The notes under the pieces are model-generated. The model made no database searches and was not told where the DNA came from. It saw nothing but the letters and a program-made list of their open reading frames with translations. Below are positions 20,405-30,899 of a stretch of 64,000 nt of DNA, one piece after another; the stretch's first letter is position 1; the number at the start of each line of letters is the position of its first letter. The stretch spans positions 2,011,258-2,075,257 of the forward strand of contig OY782578.1 of NCBI GenBank assembly GCA_963677945.1, read 5' to 3'. A program made the position numbers and the translations under genes. The DNA comes from an uncultured Bacteroides sp. GTDB taxonomy: Bacteria; Bacteroidota; Bacteroidia; Bacteroidales; Bacteroidaceae.

Positions 20405-22036
20405 TTAATAACCCGGATTTTGTTCAATAGTTCCTTCAGACATAGTTACTTCTGAAATCGGAATTGGGAAAAGCAAGTCGCGCTTTTCATCGAAATAATA
20501 ACCTTTATTGCTATTTTCTTTCTGGTTAGCCCATTCAAACGGATCGGCAGTAGCCTGATTTGTATTAGCTTTTACAAAAGAACCGTTTGGTCCCATAATG
20601 CTGCATACCAAAGGTTTGTTATCATCACCTTTCCAACGACGGATATCATAAAGACGTTCACCTTCCAGTGCCAGTTCTAAACGGCGTTCAGTGCGAATAG
20701 CATCACGAAGTTTAGTTCCGGTAAGAGCCAGATCAGACAATTGTACACGATTACGCACTTTGTTCAGATAAATAAGTGCTTCACTATCTTTTCCAAGTGC
20801 ATTTTCTACTTCGGCATACATCAATAAGATATCAGCATAACGAAGCAAACGATGGTTTTGTGGAATATATCCTTTGTTAAATGTAGCAGGACGTTGATTT
20901 ACCGGAATATAAAATTTACGGCTTACACGAGCTGATTTATGGTTTCCCGGAGTAGCAACGAACATATTTGGATAAGTACTCTTTATAGCTTCAGAGTATC
21001 CTGCCAATAGTCCTGCGAAATTATCTTCACCGGCTATTTCTGTAGCACCATGCTTGATGATAGTCCATTTCAAACGAACATTATCGCCTGCATCAAGAAA
21101 TGCTTTTTCCAGATTAGCGGTGGGTAATCCCCATGACCATCCTGAGTCATCACGTGATCCACTGACAATTGGAAGAGAAGCTCCAAGACCATAAGTTGCA
21201 TCATATGTATACTGTACCTCAAAAAGTCCTTCTTTACTGTTGTTGGATTCAATTGCCCAAACTTTACCAAAATCACTTAATAACTCATATTCACCAGAAG
21301 CAATAATATCCTTCAACAAGGCTTCAGCCTCAGCATATTTCTCCTGATAAAGATAAACTTTTGCTAAATAGCCCTGAGCAGCACCTTTGGTAGCTCTACC
21401 CAAATCAGAAGAACTTAAAGCACTACGTTTTGGTAGAACTTCAATAGCATCTTTCAAATCTTTCTCCACCTGAGCATAAGTGTCAGCCAGGCTACTGCGG
21501 GTAATACCTTTAATATCAGAAGGCATTGCTTCATTCAATATAAGTGGCAATCCACCAAAGTTTCTTGCTAAATCAAAGTAAAAGTAACCACGAAGGAATT
21601 TAGCTTCGCCGATCAATCTCTTTTGTAGTTCTGTATTAGCAATAGGAGCATCAGGTATGTGGTTAATAGCTACATTGCAACGATAAATGCCTTTGTAACG
21701 AAATTGCCAGAAGTTCTGAGCAGCTCCGTTACTGGAACCACCGCTGGTGTAATGAGCCAATGAAAGATAGTCTCCCTGATCCTGTGAAGTGTTACCCATC
21801 CACATATCATCAGTACACATACTGCTAAGGTTCCAGAATTTTGCAATCTGCCACCAGTCATCATAAAATACAGACTGATAACAGCCGGTAATTGATTTTG
21901 TACAATCGTTCTCACTCTGGAAATATGTGTCCAGGTTTTCCTGGCCTAATACGGGTTGCTCTAAAAAATCGGAACAACTGCTAAAGCCTGCTGTCAGTAC
22001 TGCAGACAATGATAAAGCTATAATAGATCTTTTCAT
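20405..22036 (-). CDS. susD: SusD/RagB family lipoprotein (PUL2)
   Basis: Lipobox FSSC, GEAKFLRGYFYFDL, GRATKGAA, LRYADILLMYAE, ERRLELALEGERLYDIRRW. Confidence 0.95.
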   Translation of the reverse strand: MKRSIIALSLSAVLTAGFSSCSDFLEQPVLGQENLDTYFQSENDCTKSITGCYQSVFYDDWWQIAKFWNLSSMCTDDMWMGNTSQDQGDYLSLAHYTSGGSSNGAAQNFWQFRYKGIYRCNVAINHIPDAPIANTELQKRLIGEAKFLRGYFYFDLARNFGGLPLILNEAMPSDIKGITRSSLADTYAQVEKDLKDAIEVLPKRSALSSSDLGRATKGAAQGYLAKVYLYQEKYAEAEALLKDIIASGEYELLSDFGKVWAIESNNSKEGLFEVQYTYDATYGLGASLPIVSGSRDDSGWSWGLPTANLEKAFLDAGDNVRLKWTIIKHGATEIAGEDNFAGLLAGYSEAIKSTYPNMFVATPGNHKSARVSRKFYIPVNQRPATFNKGYIPQNHRLLRYADILLMYAEVENALGKDSEALIYLNKVRNRVQLSDLALTGTKLRDAIRTERRLELALEGERLYDIRRWKGDDNKPLVCSIMGPNGSFVKANTNQATADPFEWANQKENSNKGYYFDEKRDLLFPIPISEVTMSEGTIEQNPGY

Positions 22037-22047
22037 TTTAGTATCAA

Positions 22048-25000
22048 TTAAAAGTTCAAATTAACTCCAAGCAAAAATGTTCTTGGATTCGGATAACCGA
22101 TATTATCAACACCAGATTCTGTAACACCACCCATTGCAGCACGTTCAGGATCCATACCTGAGTAGTTTGTGATGGTAAACAAGTTCTGAGCAGAAAGAGA
22201 AACTCTTACACCAAGACCTTTTATCATGTTCTTAGGTAAAGTGTAACCAAGTTGCAGTAATTTGCAACGGAAATAAGAACCATCTTCTACAAAGAAACTG
22301 GATACAGTAGTGTAGTTGTTATTAAGGTCGTTAACAGAAAGACGTGGAATTGATGCTCCTGTATTGTCTTCGCGCCAAACCTTATCATAAGTTCCGGCAT
22401 ATACGTTTGAACCTGATGTACCTGCATAAAGTGATTTGGTTGTATTGAAGACGTCATTACCAAATGTACCATAGAAGTTAGCAACAAGATCAAAATTCTT
22501 ATATCCTAAACGAGTGTTGAAACCTAACATTAAATCTGGGAATGGATTACCAATGAAAGACTTATCATCTGCATTCAGCACACCATCATGATTCCGGTCT
22601 CTGAAGATAAGATCTCCCGGTTTTGCATAAGGCTGTATCAATGTACCATGTTCGTCGGTATGAGCATTTACCTCTGCTTTGTTCTGGAAAATACCGTCAC
22701 AAGTATATCCGTAGAAACCACTTAGATCTCCACCTTCTTCATTACGAATAATGTAGTTTCCTGAGTTCAGATCTTTTGTATAAAGAGGAGCATCTCCCGC
22801 AAGTTTAATAATCTTGTTTTTTACTGAAGACAGATTAACACCAAGGTCATAGCTGAAGTCGCCTTTCTTATCATTCCAGTTTAATGAAACTTCCCATCCG
22901 GTAGCTTTCATACTACCAACATTTGTCCATACACGGCTATTCCAGTCTGGGTAACCCAAAATCAATAAGTTTTCCTTTTGCAAAAGCATGTCGGTTGACT
23001 TCTTTTGGAAAAGATCAACTGTCATACTCAAACGGTTATTAAGAATACTCATATCAAGACCAATATTGTGATCTTCTACAGTTTCCCAGCGCAGAGAAGT
23101 ATTACCAACAGAGCTAACCGCACTACCAATAATACGATTGCCACCAAGTACATAATCAGCATTCCCCATCAATGTAAGATAAGCAGAGTTTGCAATATTT
23201 TGATTACCAACACGTCCCCATCCAAGACGGAACTTCAGGTTGTTGATAAATTCCTGATCTTTCATGAAATCTTCGCCTGAAACTCTCCATGCAGCAGATA
23301 CAGCAGGGAATGTAGCATATTTACTTCCTGCAGGGAAACGAGAAGATCCATCAACACGCATAGATGCTGTTAAATAGTACCTGTTGTCATAGTTATACAT
23401 TGCACGTCCAAGGTATGAAACTAATGTTGTGTATTCATCTGTACCGCTAGCCTTTTGACTTTGTGTACCGGCATTTACCTGTTGTAACTCAATGATGTTA
23501 CTTGCTGTGTTCTCACGAGAACCTTTTAACCAGTAGTTTGAGAATTTTTCCATTGTATAACCCACCATTGCATTAATATTATGCTTTTTATTAATGGTAG
23601 TCATATAATTGGCTGTATTTGTCCAGTTCCAGTCAACCTGAGTATTGAACTTGCGTTCTACATAACTTAGTTCCTGTTGTTCCAGATTATCAATATAGAA
23701 TTTAGGAATAAAGGTATCAGAGATACGGAATGTAGCGTTTACACCAAATTGTGAACGTAAAGTCAAACCTTTGATCGGTTCTACAGAAATATATGGAGTC
23801 ATTAACAAACCATATTCATCACTTGAATAGTTTTGTCTGGCAAGTGAACCGGCTGGGTTCCAAACCTGGTTGTTGTAAGAACGCTGATAGTTATTATATT
23901 TGTTATCTACCCATGCTTCCTCAGGACGGAATACTGGTGTAGTAGGGTCCATTCTCATTGCAGAACTAAATAATCCGGATGGAGTATCGTCCCAACGTTC
24001 TAATTTCGGAGCTAAATCAATACCTGTCTTAACTACATTATTGAATTTGTATTCAGTATTGAAACGAGCAGTCAGCTTATCCCAGAAACCAGTATCAAAC
24101 TGAGAGTTTTGTTTAAAATAACCTACACTACCGCTGAACGTATACTTATCAGTACCACCTTGAAAACTAATATTATAATTCTGGATTAAAGCAGTCTTAT
24201 TAACCACTTGGTTCCACCAGTCAGTTCCTGTTGATCCTTCCGGAGTGTTCCAGATAGGAGTACTGCCATCATTAGTGTAACGAGCCTTGAATACTTTTTC
24301 ATATTCACTGGCATTAGCCATTTTAGGATCAGCAATAGTCTGTAAACCTACAGAAGTATTTATCTGGAATTGAGTTTTACCGGCTTTTCCTTTTTTAGTA
24401 GTTACAAGTATAACACCATTAGAACCACGAGTACCATAGATTGCAGCAGCCGAAGCATCTTTCAAGACTTCAATACTTTCAATATCATTCTGACTTAAGA
24501 AATTAATGTTTGTACCTACCGGCATTCCGTCTACAACATATAGAGGGTCCGATCCATTTGTTGTGGTAACACCACGAATAATTACACGAGGAGCATCACC
24601 AGGACCACCGCTGCTTGAAATCTGTACACCATTAATCTTTCCCTGAAGGGAGTTCATGGCATTACCGCTCGACAAAGTCTTTATATCTTCACCTTTTACA
24701 GTTGAGATAGAACTGGTAAGGTCGCTCTTTTTAACGGCACCATAACCAACTACAACAACTTCATCAAGTACAGATACATCTTCGTCAAGACTAACATTGA
24801 TTACCGCTTTCCCATTTACATTGGCAGTCTGTTTTTTGAAACCTACCATCGAATAAATGATAGTAGCATTACCAGAAACATTTGATAAGGAATAATTTCC
24901 CTCCAAATCGGTCATTGTTCCCTGATTGGTTCCTTTCACTAAAACAGTAACTCCAATAATGGGCTCTTTATCTTTGACAGAAATAACCTTTCCTGTCAGT

Positions 25001-25065
25001 GTCACTTTCTGAGCGTAAACACTCATTGATATGACTGATAGTATGATAAATAAATACTTTTTCAT
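22048..25065 (-). CDS. susC: SusC-like TonB-dependent transporter (PUL2)
   Basis: VVVGYG, PLYVVDG, DIESIEVLKDASAAAIYGTRGSNGVILVTTKKG, C-terminal YPNPRTFLLGVNLNF. Confidence 0.97.
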   Translation of the reverse strand: MKKYLFIILSVISMSVYAQKVTLTGKVISVKDKEPIIGVTVLVKGTNQGTMTDLEGNYSLSNVSGNATIIYSMVGFKKQTANVNGKAVINVSLDEDVSVLDEVVVVGYGAVKKSDLTSSISTVKGEDIKTLSSGNAMNSLQGKINGVQISSSGGPGDAPRVIIRGVTTTNGSDPLYVVDGMPVGTNINFLSQNDIESIEVLKDASAAAIYGTRGSNGVILVTTKKGKAGKTQFQINTSVGLQTIADPKMANASEYEKVFKARYTNDGSTPIWNTPEGSTGTDWWNQVVNKTALIQNYNISFQGGTDKYTFSGSVGYFKQNSQFDTGFWDKLTARFNTEYKFNNVVKTGIDLAPKLERWDDTPSGLFSSAMRMDPTTPVFRPEEAWVDNKYNNYQRSYNNQVWNPAGSLARQNYSSDEYGLLMTPYISVEPIKGLTLRSQFGVNATFRISDTFIPKFYIDNLEQQELSYVERKFNTQVDWNWTNTANYMTTINKKHNINAMVGYTMEKFSNYWLKGSRENTASNIIELQQVNAGTQSQKASGTDEYTTLVSYLGRAMYNYDNRYYLTASMRVDGSSRFPAGSKYATFPAVSAAWRVSGEDFMKDQEFINNLKFRLGWGRVGNQNIANSAYLTLMGNADYVLGGNRIIGSAVSSVGNTSLRWETVEDHNIGLDMSILNNRLSMTVDLFQKKSTDMLLQKENLLILGYPDWNSRVWTNVGSMKATGWEVSLNWNDKKGDFSYDLGVNLSSVKNKIIKLAGDAPLYTKDLNSGNYIIRNEEGGDLSGFYGYTCDGIFQNKAEVNAHTDEHGTLIQPYAKPGDLIFRDRNHDGVLNADDKSFIGNPFPDLMLGFNTRLGYKNFDLVANFYGTFGNDVFNTTKSLYAGTSGSNVYAGTYDKVWREDNTGASIPRLSVNDLNNNYTTVSSFFVEDGSYFRCKLLQLGYTLPKNMIKGLGVRVSLSAQNLFTITNYSGMDPERAAMGGVTESGVDNIGYPNPRTFLLGVNLNF

Positions 25066-25082
25066 TTTAATTGTGTTTTCAA

Positions 25083-26519
25083 TTAGTTAATAGGATAAAA
25101 TTTTGCACGCTTCAAATGAGCATCAAACTTAAACATGTAATTACCTGTTGTTTTGATTGTAACGCTTGCATTATCTCCACCTTTCCATACACACTTTTCG
25201 ATATCAGTTTTGCTGTCGAATCTCCAGAAGCAATAATCCCACCAGCCCCAATCGTGTTTGTTGTGGATAATAAATTCCATCTTTGTACCGGCTGTTAAGC
25301 TCATTGTTGTAGAGAACAGATACGGATTATCCTTATCCTGATTTAGAGGAGTAATGTTAGAAGGACTCCATGAATCATTGCCAGGTAAACCTTTACCAAC
25401 CAAACCAATCTGGAATGGAATAATATACTGAGGTTGTGCAGGGTCCAGATAGTAATCAGATCCTATAGCCTGTGGTAATGGATTTGCTGGTACATAAGTT
25501 TTGTAACTATACTCTCCTGTTTTTACATTGAAAGTAATTTCGTAATACTCTTTTCCGGTAGGCAGAACAATCGGTTTAGATACGTCTGGATCATCAGTCA
25601 ACAGATTAGCGTTGTCAGGATCAATACCGAAACAGATAGGAGAGAAGTCTGTCTTTTGAGGAATGAAACGAACTTTACTTCCTGCAGCTTCGGAATAGTA
25701 ACGAGCTGTATAAGTATATGGTCCGGTATGATCAATTAAAACAGGAACACCGAATACATCACTGTTCAGTAAAGCAGCGTCTTCCACATCTGTCAGATAC
25801 ATCTTCTCAAAATCAGGCATTTCGGAAACATTGATAGTACAATTTTGAGTAGTAGTCAAATTGAACTTGTCTACTGCAGAAATTGATAATGCATAAGTTC
25901 CAACTTGCGATGGCATTACTACAACATCACTGTAATTGTAAGTTTTGCCGGTTACAGCTACTGTTTTAGAATAATTCAATGAAGGAATTGAAACACTAAT
26001 GTGATCCAAAGCCTTATCGTCTTGTACGCTGAAACGTAGATTAAGTTTTGTTTGACTCTTAATCAACACTGTAATGTTAGCATCAGGTACTGTAGTAAAT
26101 GTAGGATTTGTAAAATCGCCATCCATTGTAAGCAGGATAGTCTGTTCTGTACTACGACCTCCTAAATCTGTAACAGTAACTCTAATTGCAAAGTTATCCC
26201 CTGTTAAAGTAGAAGGAGTTTTAAATGAATAATCTAAATCATAGGAGGTAAGTGTTTTTTCATAAATATCAGATAAATCAATCGTTTTATCCAAATCTAA
26301 TTCTTCATTCTGTAAGCGAATGCTTTGAATACCATCATTGTCGGTAATCGTACCAGAGATTTTAAATGCTCTGCCTACTTCGCTCTGGATGTGATCAGTT
26401 ACTAATTCAATAGTAGGAGCCTTCCCATCTACATCTTTAAAATCGTCACTACTGCAACCCACCAAGAAGCAGGACAGCAAGAAAGATGACATTAAGCCAG
26501 TTAGCTGTTTTTTGTTCAT
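25083..26519 (-). CDS. Outer-membrane lipoprotein, probable surface glycan-binding protein; first gene of PUL2
   Basis: Lipobox LVGC then acidic SSDD; tandem Ig-like beta-rich domains; directly upstream of susC. Confidence 0.75.
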   Translation of the reverse strand: MNKKQLTGLMSSFLLSCFLVGCSSDDFKDVDGKAPTIELVTDHIQSEVGRAFKISGTITDNDGIQSIRLQNEELDLDKTIDLSDIYEKTLTSYDLDYSFKTPSTLTGDNFAIRVTVTDLGGRSTEQTILLTMDGDFTNPTFTTVPDANITVLIKSQTKLNLRFSVQDDKALDHISVSIPSLNYSKTVAVTGKTYNYSDVVVMPSQVGTYALSISAVDKFNLTTTQNCTINVSEMPDFEKMYLTDVEDAALLNSDVFGVPVLIDHTGPYTYTARYYSEAAGSKVRFIPQKTDFSPICFGIDPDNANLLTDDPDVSKPIVLPTGKEYYEITFNVKTGEYSYKTYVPANPLPQAIGSDYYLDPAQPQYIIPFQIGLVGKGLPGNDSWSPSNITPLNQDKDNPYLFSTTMSLTAGTKMEFIIHNKHDWGWWDYCFWRFDSKTDIEKCVWKGGDNASVTIKTTGNYMFKFDAHLKRAKFYPIN

Positions 26520-26559
26520 AATACATTAATTTAAGATTTAACTCTTAGTTGTTTTGCGG

Positions 26560-26673
26560 CAAATATAGATCAGGCGAATAAATCGATATATAAAAAATCG
26601 TGCATTGATAGATTGTAAATCGTGCAATGCACGATTTATTGTTCTATTTTGATAGATTTTATTGCTATTTTTG
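26560..26673. promoter_or_regulatory. Divergent promoter region with 22-bp-periodic AATC-based repeats
   Basis: Minus-strand -7 TAtaTTTG at 26560-26567; plus-strand -7 TAttTTTG at 26666-26673; aatcgtgca at 26596 and 26618; palindrome taaatcgtgca-a-tgcacgattta 26616-26638; ttgatagatt at 26605 and 26649. Confidence 0.65.
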
Positions 26674-26696
26674 TGAAGTCTAATGATTCGAAATAT

Positions 26697-29600
26697 ATGA
26701 AAAACAGACTGATACAAATTCTATATCTAATATTGGTAAGCTTGCCGACAATTTCTGCCGCTCAACCCTATTCTATTAAACGTTTGGGAGTTGAATTAGG
26801 CTTATCAAACAATAATGTGGTAAGTATTACCCAGGATAAATTAGGTTTTCTTTGGTTTGCCACAGAAGAGGGACTGAACAAGTTTAACGGTTCCCGCTTT
26901 ATTAATTATTATAAATACTCCACACAATCTCCAAGCATCAGTGGCAATGAATTAAATCGTGTTTATGCCGATAAGGTAGATAGCATAATCTGGATTGCAA
27001 CTCAACGCTCTGGTCTGAATGCTTATAATTATAATAATAACACATTTACAGTCTATAAAAAGAATCCGGCAGACAAGAGTAGTCTTATAACAAACGATGT
27101 AACTTCGGTAACCAACGCTGCCGATGGTAATTTATGGATCAGTACTTACTATCGTGGAGTAGATTATTTCGATAAGAAAACCAAAAAGTTTACTCATTAT
27201 AATAAATCCACATTGTCAGGGCTGACAAATGAAAATGTGTGGACCGTTATGGAAGACAATGACCGTAACCTCTTTATAGGTCATGTAAATGAAGGTTTAA
27301 GTATCCTGTCATTAAGAAATAAAAGAGTCCGGAATTTCAAGAATAATCCTCAGGACCCCACAAGTATTCCCGGCAATGAAGTAAGATGCATTTTCAGAGA
27401 TAGTAATAATAATATCTGGGTAGGTACAAATAGCGGATTGGCTTTATTTAATCCGGATAGGAACAATTTTACGGTCTTTAGAAATAACAATTCAGCATTC
27501 TTTGCCCCCAAACTAAGTTCCATCTACTCCATTCAGCAAATAAATAGTAACCAGTTATGGATAGCTACAGAATTTGAAGGCATCTTTATTCTCGATATTC
27601 GCCAACTCTCTATCATGTCGGCAGATAAGGTAAGCTTTAGGCATATATCTTCCGGAGATGATGAATACCAGCTATCCGCTTCAACAGTTCGCAGTATTTT
27701 TCAGGACTCGTTCCATAACATCTGGATTGGTACGTATGGCGGCGGCATTAATTTTATAAGCAATAATCCTCCTTTATTTAATACTTTAAGCTACAATCCT
27801 GTACTAGGTAAAAACAGTAAACTTAGCTATAAGGTAGCCTGGGGAATGTGCACTGATAAACAAGGCAAAACATGGATTGGAACCGATGGCGGAGGTATTA
27901 ATGTTTTTGAGAAAGGGAAACGTATAGCCATTTATAATAAAGAGAGCGGGCAACTGAGTGACAATGCCGTATTATCCATGTTCAATGATTCTCAGAATAA
28001 TATCTGGATTGGAACTTATCTTGGAGGCGTTAACTGCTATAACAACAAGAATAAGCAGTTCAAACAAATTGTTTTGGGAGGAAAAAACAAGCTGGATGTT
28101 CGTTGTTTCTTCGAAGACTTACATCATAATCTCTGGGTTGGAAGCAGTGAGGGGATTTATTGCTTCAATTTGCAAGATCAGCAGAAAATTACTGCTTATA
28201 ATTCGAAGAACAGCGGACTTCAGGGTGATTTGGTAAGAAGCATTTTTCAGGATTCTAAAGGACGGATGTGGATTGGTACGTTTGGAAACGGTCTTGGAAT
28301 TTATTCCCCAAAGATGAAACTTCTGAAGAAGTTCGATGATTATTCCGGTTTCTGCTCAAATACAATCAATTATATATTCAGAGATTCACGAAATAGAATC
28401 TGGGTAGCAACAGGAGATGGCTTGGTTCTGTTTCCGTCTATAAGCAATTATAATTATAGAACATTTAAAAGAAGTGACGGACTTGTCAATAGCCATATCA
28501 GAGCCATTACCGAAGATAATAAAAAGAATATCTGGATTAGTACCAATAAGGGACTCAGTAAATATTCCGAAGCAAAGAATAAATTCGAGAATTACGATAT
28601 TTCAGATGGCATTCCTGCCGGTAATTTCATGAGTGGATCTATTACAAAGGACAAAGACGGATTCATCTATTTTGGTTCTTTGGGTGGAGTCTGTTACTTC
28701 AATCCTGAACAGTTTACCGATAGCAGAGAATATCCTCATCCGGTTATATCCGAGTTGAAAATATACAATAAGCTTTCCACCCTGGAGCATGATGAAAAGG
28801 TAATCCCTTTGGGAGGCAATAAGCATATAGATCTAAACTATAAACAAAACAGTTTCAGCATTGCATTTAATGAACTGGACTATTCACTGAACAATCAGGT
28901 AGAGTACACTTACATACTTAAGGGGTTGAATGATTCATGGTATACCTTAGAGGACGGACACAACAGTGTTACTTTCCTAGATGTGGCTCCCGGAGATTAT
29001 GAATTCCAGATAAAAGCACGCCTTCATAATCAGGATTGGAGTAATGAGGCTATCTCTGTATTTATTCACATAGCACCTCCTTTCTGGCTTACCTGGTGGG
29101 CAAAGTCTCTCTATTTTATACTCTTTATCACATTGGTTTATATTTCCTTATATGCCTATAAAAGAAGAATTAGCTGGAGAAGTTCCTATCAGATGGAGAG
29201 AAAAAAGCATGAGCAAGAACAAGAACTGAATAACGAACGATTGCGTTTTTATACCAATATCACGCATGAATTGCGTACCCCGTTAACCCTTATTTTAGGT
29301 CCGCTTGAAGATCTGATGAAAGAAAAATCTCTTCAAACCAGGCAGCTTCGCAAGATTTCTGTGATACATCAAAGTGCTATTCGTCTGTTGAATCTGATCA
29401 ATCAGATACTAGAGTTCAGAAAGACAGAAACCCAGAACCGCAAACTATGTGTATCCAGAAATAACATAGCAAAACTAATTCAGGAGATTGGACTCAAATA
29501 TAAGGAACTGAATCGTAATCCAGATGTTGAGTTCAATGTCGTTATAGAGAAAGAGGATATGCAGTTGATGTTCGATAGGGAAGTTATTACCATTATCCTC

Positions 29601-30782
29601 GACAACTTTATATCGAATGCCATTAAATATACTGAAAAAGGCTCTATAACCATATCTTTATACTCAACAGTTAAAGATGAAGTGGAATATACCGAAATAA
29701 AGGTCAGCGATACCGGGCATGGAATAGAGGCTGAAGCCTTATCCCGTATTTTCGAAAGTTATTATCAGGTAAATAGTAAGCATCAAGCTTCGGGTACAGG
29801 AATCGGACTAGCTTTAGTGAAGAATCTTGCTACATTGCACCAGGGAGAAATATGGGTAGAAAGTACAGTGGGAAAAGGAAGCGACTTTTTTGTTAGACTC
29901 CAGACTAATAACACATATCCAAATGCCTTGCGTACAGATGAGCCCGAAGAAGTAGAAGAACCGGAAGTTACTGAAGTCGTGGAAGAAGCTGCAGAAGAAG
30001 ACTTTAATACAGAAAAACAAATACTCTTGGTAGTTGAAGATAATCAGGATATCCGTGAATACATAAGTGATACTTTCTCTGAAGATTTTGAAGTAGTAAC
30101 TGCCGAAGACGGAAGAAAAGGTTTGGAAAAAGCCCTTACTATTATTCCGGACCTTGTTATCAGTGATATTATGATGCCGGGAATGGATGGCGTTGAGTTA
30201 TGTAAGAAGCTGAAACAAGATGTGTGTACCAGTCATATCCCCATCATTTTACTTACAGCGAAAGATTCAATGCAGGATAAAGAATATGGTTACACCGTGG
30301 GAGCTGATTCTTATTTAACCAAACCTTTTAGTGCCAGTTTGTTGCGGAGTAGAGTTAATAACCTGTTGGAATCGAGAAAGCAACTGGCTGTGCTGTTTTC
30401 CGGAAATAAAAACATAGTTATAAAGCAAGAACCGGTAAGTAATACATTGAATAAATTAGATAATGAATTCATCAATAAAGTTACTCAATATATCGAGGCA
30501 GATCTTAGTTCCGATAAAATAGATGTAACTTACCTTTCCGATAAAATGTGTATGAGTACTTCTACACTCTATCGTAAAATGAAAGCATTAACTAACATGT
30601 CTACCAATGAATACATTCGCAAAGTGAAGTTGCAGAATGCTGTAAAATTGCTTTTGGAGGGAGAAAGCAAAATCTCCGAAATAGCATATAAAGTAGGATT
30701 CAATAATGTAGTGTACTTCAGACAATGCTTTAAAGATGAATATGGAGTATCTCCGTCAGAATATGTGAAGCGACAAAGGTGA
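26697..30782 (+). CDS. Hybrid two-component system (HTCS), PUL2 regulator
   Basis: Propeller repeats, Y_Y_Y-like region, TM, FYTNITHELRTPL, DTGHGI, GTGIGL, DIMMPGMDG, AraC HTH. ATG 26697 (MKNRLIQ) follows the -7 element; the track start of 26622 is probably too early. Confidence 0.96.
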   Translation: MKNRLIQILYLILVSLPTISAAQPYSIKRLGVELGLSNNNVVSITQDKLGFLWFATEEGLNKFNGSRFINYYKYSTQSPSISGNELNRVYADKVDSIIWIATQRSGLNAYNYNNNTFTVYKKNPADKSSLITNDVTSVTNAADGNLWISTYYRGVDYFDKKTKKFTHYNKSTLSGLTNENVWTVMEDNDRNLFIGHVNEGLSILSLRNKRVRNFKNNPQDPTSIPGNEVRCIFRDSNNNIWVGTNSGLALFNPDRNNFTVFRNNNSAFFAPKLSSIYSIQQINSNQLWIATEFEGIFILDIRQLSIMSADKVSFRHISSGDDEYQLSASTVRSIFQDSFHNIWIGTYGGGINFISNNPPLFNTLSYNPVLGKNSKLSYKVAWGMCTDKQGKTWIGTDGGGINVFEKGKRIAIYNKESGQLSDNAVLSMFNDSQNNIWIGTYLGGVNCYNNKNKQFKQIVLGGKNKLDVRCFFEDLHHNLWVGSSEGIYCFNLQDQQKITAYNSKNSGLQGDLVRSIFQDSKGRMWIGTFGNGLGIYSPKMKLLKKFDDYSGFCSNTINYIFRDSRNRIWVATGDGLVLFPSISNYNYRTFKRSDGLVNSHIRAITEDNKKNIWISTNKGLSKYSEAKNKFENYDISDGIPAGNFMSGSITKDKDGFIYFGSLGGVCYFNPEQFTDSREYPHPVISELKIYNKLSTLEHDEKVIPLGGNKHIDLNYKQNSFSIAFNELDYSLNNQVEYTYILKGLNDSWYTLEDGHNSVTFLDVAPGDYEFQIKARLHNQDWSNEAISVFIHIAPPFWLTWWAKSLYFILFITLVYISLYAYKRRISWRSSYQMERKKHEQEQELNNERLRFYTNITHELRTPLTLILGPLEDLMKEKSLQTRQLRKISVIHQSAIRLLNLINQILEFRKTETQNRKLCVSRNNIAKLIQEIGLKYKELNRNPDVEFNVVIEKEDMQLMFDREVITIILDNFISNAIKYTEKGSITISLYSTVKDEVEYTEIKVSDTGHGIEAEALSRIFESYYQVNSKHQASGTGIGLALVKNLATLHQGEIWVESTVGKGSDFFVRLQTNNTYPNALRTDEPEEVEEPEVTEVVEEAAEEDFNTEKQILLVVEDNQDIREYISDTFSEDFEVVTAEDGRKGLEKALTIIPDLVISDIMMPGMDGVELCKKLKQDVCTSHIPIILLTAKDSMQDKEYGYTVGADSYLTKPFSASLLRSRVNNLLESRKQLAVLFSGNKNIVIKQEPVSNTLNKLDNEFINKVTQYIEADLSSDKIDVTYLSDKMCMSTSTLYRKMKALTNMSTNEYIRKVKLQNAVKLLLEGESKISEIAYKVGFNNVVYFRQCFKDEYGVSPSEYVKRQR

Positions 30783-30899
30783 TGATATTCATCATCTTAT
30801 AAGCAGCGTCTATTGTGTTAAATGTGAAGAATTTTATTGCTTTTTGTATAATTATTCGTTACTTCGTATTTAAACACAATAGAAATAACACGCTGTATT

